DNA of 64,000 bases, taken from Bacteriovoracia bacterium. Its GTDB lineage: Bacteria; Bdellovibrionota; UBA1018; CAIPTA01. The notes under the pieces were generated by a model. That model did no database searches. It worked only from the letters and a program-made list of their open reading frames with translations, and was not told the DNA's origin. Positions 20,350 through 30,494 of the stretch are shown piece after piece (position 1 is the stretch's first letter; the number at the start of each line of letters is the position of its first letter). Made by a program: the position numbers and the translations under genes. Location: assembly GCA_050246755.1 (NCBI GenBank), contig JBFWVL010000003.1:96001-160000 (forward strand), read 5' to 3'.

Positions 20350-21621
20350 ATGAAGAAGCCAATTTGGAAAAATACCCTGATCCTGGCCTTCTCCGCATTC
20401 GTAGTAACCTTAACTCCACTCGGCACTGCCCGCGCGGAACTGGTGAGCGAAGAAGTGCAAGAAGACTCGATCTCCCCAGAAGGAAGCGCGGACGCGTCTT
20501 CCGATAACCAAGAGCTCGTGATCGTTAAAAAACGACCAGCTGCCCGCCAAGCCGCCACCCGCAAGGTGATCCGCCGCGAAGTAGTAGAAGAGCAAGCTGA
20601 ACCCATCGCCCTCCAGCAAGAGCCGGCGATGGAAGTGCGCACGCAAACGCAGGTGGCGGTGCCCGCTCAAGCCGAAAGAAAATCGGTGGGATCTGCCATC
20701 GACAATAATATCCAGAACAAGATGGACGGCGTGCGTGAACAATTCGAACAGGCGCTCATCCGCCAGCTCGATAAGATTAAGATTACCGTAGCCGACGAAG
20801 CTCCCGCCGCTGCTCCCGTGCAAACCACGGTAGTGACCGATAGCGTGATCAGCTCCGCCGCTGCTCCGGAAAAAGCCGGTTACATGTCGATCGAAAGCGC
20901 CCCCGTGGTTGCCGACGACGCCGCGGAAAATGAATCCGTAGCGAAGAAGAGTGAAGAGTCCGAAAAGACCAGCATTCGCCTTTCGCCGATCATCGGTATG
21001 ACCAGCCTTGGTTCCAACTATTACAATATCGAAGCCCGCTACACCGCCGGTATCGAGATTGAAATGGCGATGGACGAAAATCTGGCCGCCGTTCTCGGTT
21101 ATTCGTACTCGCAATACGATATCAGCCTCGGCACCGCCAACCCGTTCTACGCTGCTCAGCCGCAGTTTGGTTACGGGATCGGCAATAATTACTCGACCCT
21201 CAGCTATAACCAGAACGTCTTCCAGGGCGGACTGCGCGTATACCTGACCCCCCAGAGCTCGAAGTTCCGCCCCCATATCGGTGCGGGCCTCGGCTATAAC
21301 AAGGGTTACGTAAACTATAACAACCGTTACGCGAATACCTACCAGTACAACCCGTACCAGAATCAACCCGACTACGAAGTGACTTCGTTCTTGGGGATCC
21401 TGGAAGCCGGTGCGGATTTTCAGGTTTCGAAAGCGGTATCGGTGGGCGCCTTGTTCAAATACGACCAAGTGCTCAGCGCTAACGAGAACCAGCCTCTGAA
21501 CAACTACGCTTTCATCAACCAGGGCTATAACGGCCAGGTTGGCGATAAGGCGCTGGTTGGCGGATCGATCGCGAAGGAAAACTTCTACTCGATCCTCGGA
21601 ACCGTGAAAGTAGCGTTCTAA
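20350..21621 (+). CDS. Outer-membrane beta-barrel protein with a long low-complexity N-terminal region
   Basis: Signal peptide; amphipathic beta-strands (FRPHIGAGLGY, LEAGADF); C-terminal Phe; AGAGGA RBS. Confidence 0.8.
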   Translation: MKKPIWKNTLILAFSAFVVTLTPLGTARAELVSEEVQEDSISPEGSADASSDNQELVIVKKRPAARQAATRKVIRREVVEEQAEPIALQQEPAMEVRTQTQVAVPAQAERKSVGSAIDNNIQNKMDGVREQFEQALIRQLDKIKITVADEAPAAAPVQTTVVTDSVISSAAAPEKAGYMSIESAPVVADDAAENESVAKKSEESEKTSIRLSPIIGMTSLGSNYYNIEARYTAGIEIEMAMDENLAAVLGYSYSQYDISLGTANPFYAAQPQFGYGIGNNYSTLSYNQNVFQGGLRVYLTPQSSKFRPHIGAGLGYNKGYVNYNNRYANTYQYNPYQNQPDYEVTSFLGILEAGADFQVSKAVSVGALFKYDQVLSANENQPLNNYAFINQGYNGQVGDKALVGGSIAKENFYSILGTVKVAF

Positions 21622-21665
21622 ACAAACCTTACTAAGTTCTCTAAAATAGCTTTGTCTAGCCTTAA

Positions 21666-21706
21666 GAGCCCTGCGACATCCCCCCTCGTCGCGGGGCTCA
21701 CTTTTT
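21666..21706 (+). terminator. Intrinsic terminator
   Basis: GAGCCCTGCGAC...GTCGCGGGGCTC followed by ACTTTTT. Confidence 0.8.
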
Positions 21707-21744
21707 GGTAGGCTTCCCTGCGATCGCAGTGTAATTACCTTCCC

Positions 21745-22551
21745 ATGATTTTTTCTCTTCTATTCGCCACCCTATCCCTCTCTTCCGCCCAAGCCGGCAA
21801 TATCATTTTCCAGTACCTTCCCGAATACGGGGCGATACGGCTGCGGGCCGAATGCACGATCGAAAAAGAAACCCGTGAATGCGCGATCGACACCGGCGCG
21901 CCCCAAACCATGACGGCGCCTTCGGTGCTGAAAGAAGAGCACGAGGTTTTAGGTGAGGTGAAAATGGGCTCGATCGGGATGTCGGTGATCTGCCAGCGCC
22001 TCGCGATTCCCGGTTTCAATTTCGCCGGCTCCGTGCGCGCCGCGGAAGTGCTGAGCTGCCCGGGATTTTTCGAGAGCCTTTCTCCCACGATTGGGATGGA
22101 CTCCTTCGACGCCCGCCGCTTTCTTTTTGATTTTTCGGCTGAGGATTTGAAGTGGGACCCGATCTGGGAATCCCCCACCCAGCCTTTCCGCCGCCTAAGG
22201 CATTGGCTGGTAGTGCCGGGCTCGTTGAATGGGCGCGGCTTTGAAATGGGTTTCGATACTGGAGCTCCGGTTACCCTCGTAGACCAAAAATTCGTGGATG
22301 CCAACCCCGACCTCTTTACCCTTTCCACGGAGCCGCCCTCGGAAATGCTGATCCGCCGGAATATGCGGGCCTACGTGGTGAGCGGCCCAATCCGCGTAGG
22401 GGATGTCAATCTCGAGGCAACTTTCGTGTACGCGGGAGACTTCAGCCCGCTCAAGATCGATTTTCCGATCATCCTCGGCGCCAATCACCTGGTGCAAGCC
22501 GCGTGGTACTTCGACTTGAAGGCCGATCGTTGGGGTATCCGGCGCTACTGA
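21745..22551 (+). CDS. Secreted single-chain two-domain retropepsin-like aspartyl protease
   Basis: Signal peptide; two DTGA motifs (IDTGAP, FDTGAP), each followed by IG/LG loops. Confidence 0.75.
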   Translation: MIFSLLFATLSLSSAQAGNIIFQYLPEYGAIRLRAECTIEKETRECAIDTGAPQTMTAPSVLKEEHEVLGEVKMGSIGMSVICQRLAIPGFNFAGSVRAAEVLSCPGFFESLSPTIGMDSFDARRFLFDFSAEDLKWDPIWESPTQPFRRLRHWLVVPGSLNGRGFEMGFDTGAPVTLVDQKFVDANPDLFTLSTEPPSEMLIRRNMRAYVVSGPIRVGDVNLEATFVYAGDFSPLKIDFPIILGANHLVQAAWYFDLKADRWGIRRY

Positions 22552-22685
22552 CGATTTCCTTTTGGCTAGCGTGTCAAAACTGACAAACCCTCCCCATCTT
22601 GCGATGCGTAAGTGCTGGAAATCCTCGCCCTTTTTTGCGGCCTAGAGGTACAATCTCCTAGCTTGAACAGCCAAGGAGGATTCTT

Positions 22686-24008
22686 ATGTCGAACCTAAGA
22701 AGTGTGGTGATCGTAGACGGCGTGCGCACACCTTTCGCGAAAGCCGGAAGCGATTTCGCCAAGATCCGCGCCCATGAATTGGGCCGCGTGGCGATGCGTG
22801 AGCTGCTCGAGCGCCTCGAGATCACCGACGGGGTAGGAAAAAAAGCCCGCGTGAAGGTAGACGAAGTTTGCGTCGGCAACGTGGGCAGCCCCGAAGACGC
22901 CGCGAATATCGCGCGCGTGGTGGCGATGCAAGGTGGCCTGCACCAGTCGATTCCCGCGTATAGCGTGCACCGCAACTGCGCTTCCGGGATGGAGGCCATC
23001 ATGCAGGGCTGGCTCAAAATCGGCACCGGCCAGGCCGACGTGATGATCGTGGGCGGCACCGAGAGCATGAGTAATATGCCTTTTATTTACCGGCCCGAGG
23101 TGGTGGCGGCTTTCATGCGCATCAAGGGCGCGAAATCCCTGCCGCAGCGTTTGGCGGCGTTCGCGAAGATGCCCTGGGGCGCGCTCCTCAATCCCATCGT
23201 GGCGATCCAAGAAGGCCTCACGGATCCTTTCTGCGGGATGAACATGGGCCAGACGGCGGATCTTCTCGCCAAAGAATTCGGGATTTCCCGCGAAGACCAA
23301 GATCGCTACGCCGTGGAATCTCACCGCCGCGCGGTGGCCGCGCAGGAAGCCGGCAAGATGGCCGACGAGATCGTGCCCGTGGGCGTACCCAACGATTACC
23401 GCAGCATCGTGAAGAACGACATTGGCCCCCGCAAGGGCCAGTCGATGGAGCAGCTCGCGAAGCTAAAGCCCTTCTTCGATCGCGTGAACGGCACCGTCAC
23501 GGTGGGCAATGCCTGCCCGATCACTGACGGCGCCGTGATGATCGCGCTGATGAGCGAAGAGAAGGCGAAAGCCGCCGGTTACAATATTCTCGGCAAGATC
23601 CGCTCGGTGGCCTTTACCGGCCACGAGCCGGAGCGCATGGGGCTCGGCCCGGTATACGCGAGCCACAAGGCCCTGCAGCAAGCGGGGCTCGGCCTCCAGC
23701 AGATGGACGTGGTGGAGCTCAACGAGGCGTTCGCCGCGCAGGCGATGGCCGTGCTGAAGGCCGCCGGTTCTCGTGACTGGTGCAAAGAGAAATTGGGCAC
23801 GGATCAGCCGCTCGGCGAGATCGATCCCGCCAAGCTCAATCCCAACGGCGGCGCGATCGCGCTCGGCCACCCCGTGGGCTCGAGCGGCGCGCGCATCGTG
23901 CTTACCGCGCTCAAGGAGCTCAAGCGAAACGGAAAACAGTTCGGTCTCTCCACGCTTTGCATCGGCGGGGGCCAAGGAGGCGCAGTTGTTGTTGAAAGAG
24001 GAGCATAA
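22686..24008 (+). CDS. Acetyl-CoA C-acyltransferase (thiolase, FadI-like)
   Basis: RTPF, NCASG, NEAFAAQ, GGAIALGHP and LCIGGGQG motifs. Confidence 0.93.
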   Translation: MSNLRSVVIVDGVRTPFAKAGSDFAKIRAHELGRVAMRELLERLEITDGVGKKARVKVDEVCVGNVGSPEDAANIARVVAMQGGLHQSIPAYSVHRNCASGMEAIMQGWLKIGTGQADVMIVGGTESMSNMPFIYRPEVVAAFMRIKGAKSLPQRLAAFAKMPWGALLNPIVAIQEGLTDPFCGMNMGQTADLLAKEFGISREDQDRYAVESHRRAVAAQEAGKMADEIVPVGVPNDYRSIVKNDIGPRKGQSMEQLAKLKPFFDRVNGTVTVGNACPITDGAVMIALMSEEKAKAAGYNILGKIRSVAFTGHEPERMGLGPVYASHKALQQAGLGLQQMDVVELNEAFAAQAMAVLKAAGSRDWCKEKLGTDQPLGEIDPAKLNPNGGAIALGHPVGSSGARIVLTALKELKRNGKQFGLSTLCIGGGQGGAVVVERGA

Positions 24009-24012
24009 GGCG

Positions 24013-26133
24013 ATGGCGTACACCAACTTTAAACTTAGCGATCGTGGTCAAGGCTGGTTCGAGCTGATGTTCGATCAGCCCGACTCTAAAGCAAACGTAT
24101 TTAATGAATTGGCTCTGAAGGAATTGGACCAGGTCGCCCAGGATCTCGCCGGCCGCAAAGACATCAAGGGCCTGCTGGTTACGAGCGGCAAGAGCGATAT
24201 TTTCATCGCGGGCGCCGATCTCAGCTTGATCAAGAGCCTCGACACGATCGACAAAGCCCTCGCGGGCTGTACGGCCGGTCAGCAAGCCGTGCACCGTTTT
24301 TCGAAATTGCCCTTCGAAACCGTGGCCGCGATCAACGGCGCCTGCCTCGGCGGCGGCTTCGAGCTCGCGCTCGCCTGCAAAAAACGCCTGGCTTCCGACG
24401 CGAAGGCCGTGAAGATCGGCCTGCCGGAGGTAATGCTCGGAATCCTGCCTGGCTTCGGCGGCTCGGTGCGCTTGCCGCGCCTGGTTCCCTTGCCTACGGC
24501 TCTGGATCTCATCCTCACCGGGAAACAAATCGACGGCGTGCGGGCTTATAAAGCCGGCGTCGTGGACGCGTACCTTCCCCAGCAGAATTTCAACGAGCGC
24601 GCGCTCACGTGGGCCAAAGCGAATGCCGGAAAGCCCGGTCGCCGCTTGACCTCCTTCATGGGCCGCGTGATGGAAATGGTTCCTTTCCGTGGAATCATTT
24701 TCTCCCAGGCGCGCAAGCAGGTGATGAAGACCACGAAGGGCAAATATCCCGCGCCCCTGAAAATCCTCGAATTGCTCGCCGAGATCCACGGTTTGCAAAT
24801 CGAAGAAGCGCTCAAGCGTGAGGCCAAGGCCTTCGCGGTGCTCGCGGTTACCCCGATTTCCAAGCGTTTGATCGAGCTTTTCCAGCTATCGGAAAGCGTG
24901 AAGAAAACGAACGGTGTTGGCCCCGAAGTGCAGGCCAAAAAAGTAGAGCGCGCCGCGCTCCTCGGCGCCGGCGTGATGGGCGGCGGTATCGCCTGGGCCT
25001 TCGCCAACAAAGAAATCCCCGTGCGCATGAAAGACTTGAATTACGAGGCCGTGAGCCTGGGCTGGCAGCAAGCGGCCCGCGATTTCGGCTACGCGCTGAA
25101 AAAACGCAAGATCACCAAAAACCAGTTCCTCGGGAAAATGGGAATGATCAGCGGCACCACCGACTATAGCGGCTTCAAAACGGCCGACGTGGTGGTGGAA
25201 GCCGTAGTGGAAAACATGGACGTGAAGAAAAAAGTTCTGGCCGAGTGCGAGAACTATATCTCGCCCGACTGCGTTTTCGCCTCCAATACCAGCTCGCTCT
25301 CGATCACCGAGATGCAGTCGGTGGCCAAGCGCCCAGATAAAGTGGGAGGATTCCACTTCTTCAACCCTGTTTCCCGCATGCCACTGATCGAAGTGATCGC
25401 CGGCGCAAAAACCTCGCCGGAAACCGTGGCCACTCTTTTCGAATTGGCCAAGAAATTGGGCAAGACGCCGATCGTGGTGAAAGACGGCCCCGGCTTCCTC
25501 GTGAACCGTTTGCTGCTTCCTTACATGAACGAAGCCCTCTTCGTTTTCGGCGAAGGCGTTTCCGTCGAGAGAATCGATCGCGTGATGGTGGACTTCGGGA
25601 TGCCGATGGGCCCGCTGCGTCTCGTAGACGAAGTGGGGATCGACGTGGCCGCGAAGGTGGCTAAGATTCTCAACGCGGCTTTCGGCGCGCGGGCGCAAGC
25701 TTCCCCGATCTCCGACCTGATCGTGAAGAGCGGCCGCCTCGGCAAAAAGAACGGCAAGGGTTTCTACCTTTACGAAAAGGAAAAAGAGACCGGCCTCGAC
25801 GATACGATCGTGGGCCTCGTGCCGAACCGCACCACCAAGAGCGTGAATCTCTCCGACGCCGAGATCGTGCAGCGCTTGATTTACCCGATGATCAACGAGG
25901 CGGCTCTCGCCCTCGCCGAGGGCGTGGTGAAAACTCCGGGCGAAGTGGATCTCGGCATGATCATGGGAACCGGCTTTCCTCCTTTCCGCGGCGGCCTGCT
26001 GCGGTTCGCGGACAGCGAAACTCCCAAGAAGGTGGCCGATACCCTCGAGAAGTTCGCGGCCGCCGGCGGCGGCGAACGCATGAAGCCCAACCAGGCTCTG
26101 CTAGAGGCCGCCCGCAGAGGGTCGTTCTACTAG
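24013..26133 (+). CDS. Fatty-acid oxidation multifunctional enzyme (enoyl-CoA hydratase/3-hydroxyacyl-CoA dehydrogenase, FadJ-like)
   Basis: FIAGADL, CLGGGFELAL, LPEV, GAGVMGGGIA and HFFNPV motifs; start refined to ATG 24013. Confidence 0.93.
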   Translation: MAYTNFKLSDRGQGWFELMFDQPDSKANVFNELALKELDQVAQDLAGRKDIKGLLVTSGKSDIFIAGADLSLIKSLDTIDKALAGCTAGQQAVHRFSKLPFETVAAINGACLGGGFELALACKKRLASDAKAVKIGLPEVMLGILPGFGGSVRLPRLVPLPTALDLILTGKQIDGVRAYKAGVVDAYLPQQNFNERALTWAKANAGKPGRRLTSFMGRVMEMVPFRGIIFSQARKQVMKTTKGKYPAPLKILELLAEIHGLQIEEALKREAKAFAVLAVTPISKRLIELFQLSESVKKTNGVGPEVQAKKVERAALLGAGVMGGGIAWAFANKEIPVRMKDLNYEAVSLGWQQAARDFGYALKKRKITKNQFLGKMGMISGTTDYSGFKTADVVVEAVVENMDVKKKVLAECENYISPDCVFASNTSSLSITEMQSVAKRPDKVGGFHFFNPVSRMPLIEVIAGAKTSPETVATLFELAKKLGKTPIVVKDGPGFLVNRLLLPYMNEALFVFGEGVSVERIDRVMVDFGMPMGPLRLVDEVGIDVAAKVAKILNAAFGARAQASPISDLIVKSGRLGKKNGKGFYLYEKEKETGLDDTIVGLVPNRTTKSVNLSDAEIVQRLIYPMINEAALALAEGVVKTPGEVDLGMIMGTGFPPFRGGLLRFADSETPKKVADTLEKFAAAGGGERMKPNQALLEAARRGSFY

Positions 26134-26136
26134 GGC

Positions 26137-27360
26137 ATGGGCGGGATCTCTTCTTTTATCGGCCTCCGCTATTTGCGTTCGAAGAAGAGTAACGCTTTTC
26201 TCTCGATGATTACTTTTCTTTCGATCGCGGGCGTGGCGGTGGGGGTTTGCACCCTCATCGTGATCTTATCCGTGATGGATGGATTCGAGGGGGCGCTTAA
26301 AGGCCGGTTAGGGCAGGGGGAATTCCATATCCTGGTAACCCGCGCCGCCGACGACGCCGAGCCTTACTTCGAATTCAACTCCGATCAAGTGAACCGCGTA
26401 TTCTCCCTTAGCCACGAGGTGCAGAGCGTGAATCCCGTGCTCGGCACCGAGGCCATCCTCCGCTCGGGCCGCAAGGTGGCGGGCATGAGCATGCGCGGGA
26501 TTTCCGAGACGCAGATGACTTTGCTGGCCAAAAGCCTCGTGGAGGCCGTGGACGGGCCCAAAGTCCTCACCCGCGAGGGCCTGTGGCTCGGAAAAGAATT
26601 GGCGGAGCAGCTGGGCGCATTTCCTGGGGATAAAGTGCAGGTGATCTCGCCCACCGAAACCGAGGGGCCGATGGAAAGCGTACCGCGGGTGCGTTCCTTT
26701 CGGGTGGACGGAATTTTTGAGAGCGGGATCCCAGAAAAAGACCTGCATACCGTATACGCGTCGCTCGCGGCAGCACAGGAATTTTTGGGTCGTCCCGGAA
26801 AAGTGAATCGCGTGGAGATCAGCGTCAAAGATTTTCAGCATAGCGATGCGGCCGGAAATTTGGTGCGGGAAGACCTCGGTACGGCCTATCTGGTGAAGGA
26901 TTGGAACCAGCTCAATGCCCACTTATTCGCTTCCCTGAAACTCGAGCGCATCACAATGTTCGTGATCCTGGCCATGATCGTGATCGTGGCGAGCTTTAAT
27001 ATCGTAACTTCCTTGAAGATGACGGTGATCGAGAAAAGAAAAGAAATCGCAATCCTGCAAACGATGGGCGCGAGCCCCCGCCAGATCGGCCGCATTTTCC
27101 TCGTGCAGGGTTCGGTGATCGGAAATATCGGCACCGTGATCGGCCTGGTGCTGGGGCTGGGGATCACGTTTTTTCTTCAGCGTTTTCCCATTGTGCAGCT
27201 GCCGGATATTTTCTACGACCGTTCGCTACCCGTAAAAATTTCCCCGCTCTTCATTTCGCTGGTGGTGATGGTGGCGGTCGTCATTGTGCTGGCCGCCGCA
27301 TTTTTCCCCGCCCGTGCGGCCGCGAAGAGTTCTCCACTCGAAGGGATCAGAAACATATGA
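26137..27360 (+). CDS. Lipoprotein-releasing ABC permease LolC/E family
   Basis: LRYLRSKK, ILSVMDGF, DWNQLN, VASFNIV and KEIAILQTMGA motifs. Confidence 0.88.
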   Translation: MGGISSFIGLRYLRSKKSNAFLSMITFLSIAGVAVGVCTLIVILSVMDGFEGALKGRLGQGEFHILVTRAADDAEPYFEFNSDQVNRVFSLSHEVQSVNPVLGTEAILRSGRKVAGMSMRGISETQMTLLAKSLVEAVDGPKVLTREGLWLGKELAEQLGAFPGDKVQVISPTETEGPMESVPRVRSFRVDGIFESGIPEKDLHTVYASLAAAQEFLGRPGKVNRVEISVKDFQHSDAAGNLVREDLGTAYLVKDWNQLNAHLFASLKLERITMFVILAMIVIVASFNIVTSLKMTVIEKRKEIAILQTMGASPRQIGRIFLVQGSVIGNIGTVIGLVLGLGITFFLQRFPIVQLPDIFYDRSLPVKISPLFISLVVMVAVVIVLAAAFFPARAAAKSSPLEGIRNI

Positions 27361-28232
27361 AGATTTTTTTGTGCCTTTTTCTATTTTTAAGCGTCTCTCT
27401 TCTCGCGTCCGCCGACCTGAATCCGCCTCCGCTGCGTTTTGCAAAATTGCGTAATCCGATCGTGCTCGTGCACGGCGCCACGATGAAGGGGAGCTCCCTC
27501 GATATTGGCTTTCTTCACTACGGCGAGTACTTTCGCAAATTGCCGGCTTTTCTCGGCAGCACGGGCACCCCCGTAAGGGTGGTGGAGCTCACCACCGATT
27601 CCAGCATCGGCGAGCGGGCCGCGGTGCTTAAAAATTTCCTCGAAACCGAAATGAAAGGGCAAATGGTGAACCTCATCTGCCATTCGCTGGGCGGTCTCGA
27701 TGCGCGTTACGCCGCTTCGGTTTTGCACGCGAACCAAATCGCTTCGATCACCACCATCGGCACCCCTCACCACGGCACGCCGCTGGCCGACTGGGCGGTT
27801 CGGCAGAAGCAAAAGCATACGGCCTGGTATTGGTTCTTCCGCCTCGTAGGCTACGATATGGAGCAGCGTCGTTTTTTACCCGAGCTCAGCACCGAGTACA
27901 TGGCTAATACCTTTAATTCCCGGGTTCCAAATGTTCCCGACGTAAAATACTATTCGGTACAGACGAGGGCGAGCTTCGCCCGACGGAATATGAGCTATCT
28001 ACTGTGGCTTACCGCGCACTGGTTAGAGGGTGAAAAAAGCCCGATGGCCGCTAACGGCCACGACGGACTCGTGCCCTTCGATTCCCAGGCGTGGGGGCAG
28101 GTGGTGAGCACGGGAGAGTTCGACCATTTGGCCCAGATCAACCACCACGAATGGCGCTACGAAGACCAGAGTGCCCAGGTATACCAGAGCTATTCCGAGA
28201 TGTATGGGAACCTCTTCAAAGAGGGACTTTGA
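27357..28232 (+). CDS. Secreted triacylglycerol lipase-like alpha/beta hydrolase
   Basis: PIVLVHG, CHSLGG nucleophile elbow, GTPHHG, DGLV and DHL motifs. Confidence 0.85.
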   Translation: MKIFLCLFLFLSVSLLASADLNPPPLRFAKLRNPIVLVHGATMKGSSLDIGFLHYGEYFRKLPAFLGSTGTPVRVVELTTDSSIGERAAVLKNFLETEMKGQMVNLICHSLGGLDARYAASVLHANQIASITTIGTPHHGTPLADWAVRQKQKHTAWYWFFRLVGYDMEQRRFLPELSTEYMANTFNSRVPNVPDVKYYSVQTRASFARRNMSYLLWLTAHWLEGEKSPMAANGHDGLVPFDSQAWGQVVSTGEFDHLAQINHHEWRYEDQSAQVYQSYSEMYGNLFKEGL

Positions 28233-28286
28233 GGCGCTTGCCAAACCGCGCTAAAACCTGATAAACCGAAGCCTTAGGAGGCACCG

Positions 28287-28517
28287 ATGTTTGGTTTAAG
28301 TTTAGGACATATCGTTATTTTAGCCGTAGTGGTTTTGCTGTTCGGCTCTCGTCGTTTGCCTGAGCTCGGCTCGGCCCTCGGTAAAGGCATGAATGCTTTC
28401 AAAAAAGGCCTCGCGGGCGAAGAAGACCTAGAGCCTTCTCCCGGCCATCGCATCGCTAGCGGCGCTAGAGATCCGGATGCCGTGCTTCCTTCCGCCGACG
28501 ATAAATCCAAAGTCTGA
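28287..28517 (+). CDS. tatA: Twin-arginine translocase TatA/E subunit
   Basis: TM helix followed by LFGSRRLPELGSALGKG..AFK; AGGAGG RBS. Confidence 0.88.
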   Translation: MFGLSLGHIVILAVVVLLFGSRRLPELGSALGKGMNAFKKGLAGEEDLEPSPGHRIASGARDPDAVLPSADDKSKV

Positions 28518-29512
28518 TGAATTGGCGTTCTCCTCACGATAAACCTCGCAAGGCGAATCGCAAACGTAACGCGCTCCTGGCCGCCATTAGCTTCAGTTTT
28601 ATCGCCTTTTTCCTCCAGGTATTTGGCGCGTGGTATACGGGCAGTCTGGCGTTACTCGGGGACACGGCCCATCTCTTTACCGACCTCGTCTCCTTGTTTA
28701 TGAGCTTGACGGCCGTTTTGCTGGCGGAGCGTCCTACGAATAAAATCCAGAGTTTTGGTTTGTACCGCCTCGAAGTTTTGGCCGCTTTTCTGAATGGTGT
28801 ATTGCTCCTGGTAGTGGCTTTCATGCTCGGCTACGAGAGCGTGGAACGCCTTTTTCATCCTCAGGAAGTATTGGCGCTGCCGTTGCTCGCGGTCTCTTTT
28901 GGCGGCTTACTCCTCAATGTTTTTTCCGCGCTGGTGCTCGCTGCCGCCCTCAAGGGCGAAGACGCGCACGCACATCATGGCCATAACCACGGCCCCACGA
29001 CTTTTGTGCCGGTAGAAGCAAAAGCCGGTTGCGGACACGACCATGGCCATTCCCATAGCCACGACAATCATGACCGCAACCTTAGCTCCGCGTTTCTGCA
29101 CGTGATTAGCGATGCCGTGAGTAGCGTGGCGGTGATGGCGGGCGCGGCGGCCGTTTACTTTACCGGGCGTTCCGCTTTCGACTCGGCGATCGGCCTGTTG
29201 CTCTCGATCGTGATTCTCTATTGGGCCTACCGCTTGCTCCACGATACCGTGCACGTGCTTCTCGAGGGAACTCCCCGCCATATTAAGCCCGAAGCGGTGG
29301 TGGAAAAAGTACGGGCCTTGGATTCCCGCATTTTATTGATTGAGGATCTGCACGTCTGGGAAATTACCTCGCGGATGTACGCGGCCACGGCTGAAGTGAA
29401 AGTGAAGACGATGTCGCTAAGCGAAGCCGATGAACTACGCGTCAGAATAGGAACGACGTTGCACGAAAGTTTCGGCATCGCCCATGCCGTGCTCGCCATT
29501 CGCCCCGAATAA
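28517..29512 (+). CDS. Cation diffusion facilitator (Zn/Co/Cd efflux, ZitB/CzcD-like)
   Basis: SLALLGDTAHLFTD, His-rich loop, AFLHVISD and DLHVW motifs. Confidence 0.9.
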   Translation: MNWRSPHDKPRKANRKRNALLAAISFSFIAFFLQVFGAWYTGSLALLGDTAHLFTDLVSLFMSLTAVLLAERPTNKIQSFGLYRLEVLAAFLNGVLLLVVAFMLGYESVERLFHPQEVLALPLLAVSFGGLLLNVFSALVLAAALKGEDAHAHHGHNHGPTTFVPVEAKAGCGHDHGHSHSHDNHDRNLSSAFLHVISDAVSSVAVMAGAAAVYFTGRSAFDSAIGLLLSIVILYWAYRLLHDTVHVLLEGTPRHIKPEAVVEKVRALDSRILLIEDLHVWEITSRMYAATAEVKVKTMSLSEADELRVRIGTTLHESFGIAHAVLAIRPE

Positions 29513-29515
29513 AAA

Positions 29516-30139
29516 TTATTTACGCCGGAATAGGCCTAGGAATTCCCGCCCGGCGCGCGGTTTCACGCTTCGCTGCGGGGCCTCGATTTTCAGCTCGAAG
29601 TAGGGACGAAACAGATTTTCCACTTCTTCGCGACTTACTAAAAAAGGCGGCCCCTCTTTCTCGCTCTCGAGGGGAAAGAATAATCCTACTAGCAGGCCGC
29701 CAGGCTTCAGCAGTTGCGCCACCGCCTCCACATAGCGTGGACGCAACGCCGGATCGATGGCGCAAAAAAAGGTATACTCGAGCAGAATGTCGTAGCGGCC
29801 ACGGTGGTAGGGCAGCGTAGGGAGCACGAAAAAATCCTGGCGATAGGCGTATACTTTGGCCGCCGCCTTATGGGCGAGCTCTAGCGAGAGCTGTAAGGCC
29901 TGGGGCGCAAAGTCCACGAGATCTACCTCGCAGCCCGCCTGGGCATAGCGGATCGCGTCGTGACCACGTCCTCCTCCCGGCACCAAAACCACGGCGCCCA
30001 ATGGAATTTGTTTTTCTTCGAGCAGGCGCTCAAATTCCGGCGTAGGCCCCGAAAGGTCCCACGGGGTATTTGCGTCCTGGTAAAACTGGTTCCAAGCGTC
30101 GGCCGACAGATCCTTCATCTTGAGCTTCTCCGGAGTCAC
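29516..30139 (-). CDS. Thiopurine/thiol S-methyltransferase (TPMT) family
   Basis: TPWDL, VLVPGGGRGHD, EYTFFCAI and GPPF motifs. Confidence 0.88.
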   Translation of the reverse strand: MTPEKLKMKDLSADAWNQFYQDANTPWDLSGPTPEFERLLEEKQIPLGAVVLVPGGGRGHDAIRYAQAGCEVDLVDFAPQALQLSLELAHKAAAKVYAYRQDFFVLPTLPYHRGRYDILLEYTFFCAIDPALRPRYVEAVAQLLKPGGLLVGLFFPLESEKEGPPFLVSREEVENLFRPYFELKIEAPQRSVKPRAGREFLGLFRRK

Positions 30140-30155
30140 TGGTAGGCTCTCGAGT

Positions 30156-30491
30156 ATGCCATACGAATTTTACAAAGTGATGCATTTGGTCGCGATTTTT
30201 CTTTTCATCTCGGGTTCCGCCATTTTGCTGATGGGACAGACGAGAAGTAAATTCTGGATGATGCTAACGGGCATCGCCAGCTTCTTGATTCTCGTTGCGG
30301 GAATGGGAATGGTAGCGAAACTGCAGATCGGCTTCCCGGGATGGGTCGTGGGCAAGATGGTGATCTGGCTCGTGATCACGGGCTTGGGGCATATGGTGGC
30401 GAAGAGATTCCCGGCGTATGCGATGCAGGCGTATTGGGTGACGATTATTTTGGCGGGTGCGGCGGCTGGTCTGGCTATTTACAAACCTTAA
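30156..30491 (+). CDS. Small membrane protein (SirB-like, about 4 TM)
   Basis: YEFYKVMHL start, W..GK motif and AIYKP end. Confidence 0.65.
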   Translation: MPYEFYKVMHLVAIFLFISGSAILLMGQTRSKFWMMLTGIASFLILVAGMGMVAKLQIGFPGWVVGKMVIWLVITGLGHMVAKRFPAYAMQAYWVTIILAGAAAGLAIYKP

Positions 30492-30494
30492 ACT

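Noticed and set aside
28722-28732. TGGCGGAGCGT matching the tRNA-Asp 3' end as a possible att repeat
   Set aside because: Only 11 bp, inside an intact CDF gene, and no integrase is present; likely chance.
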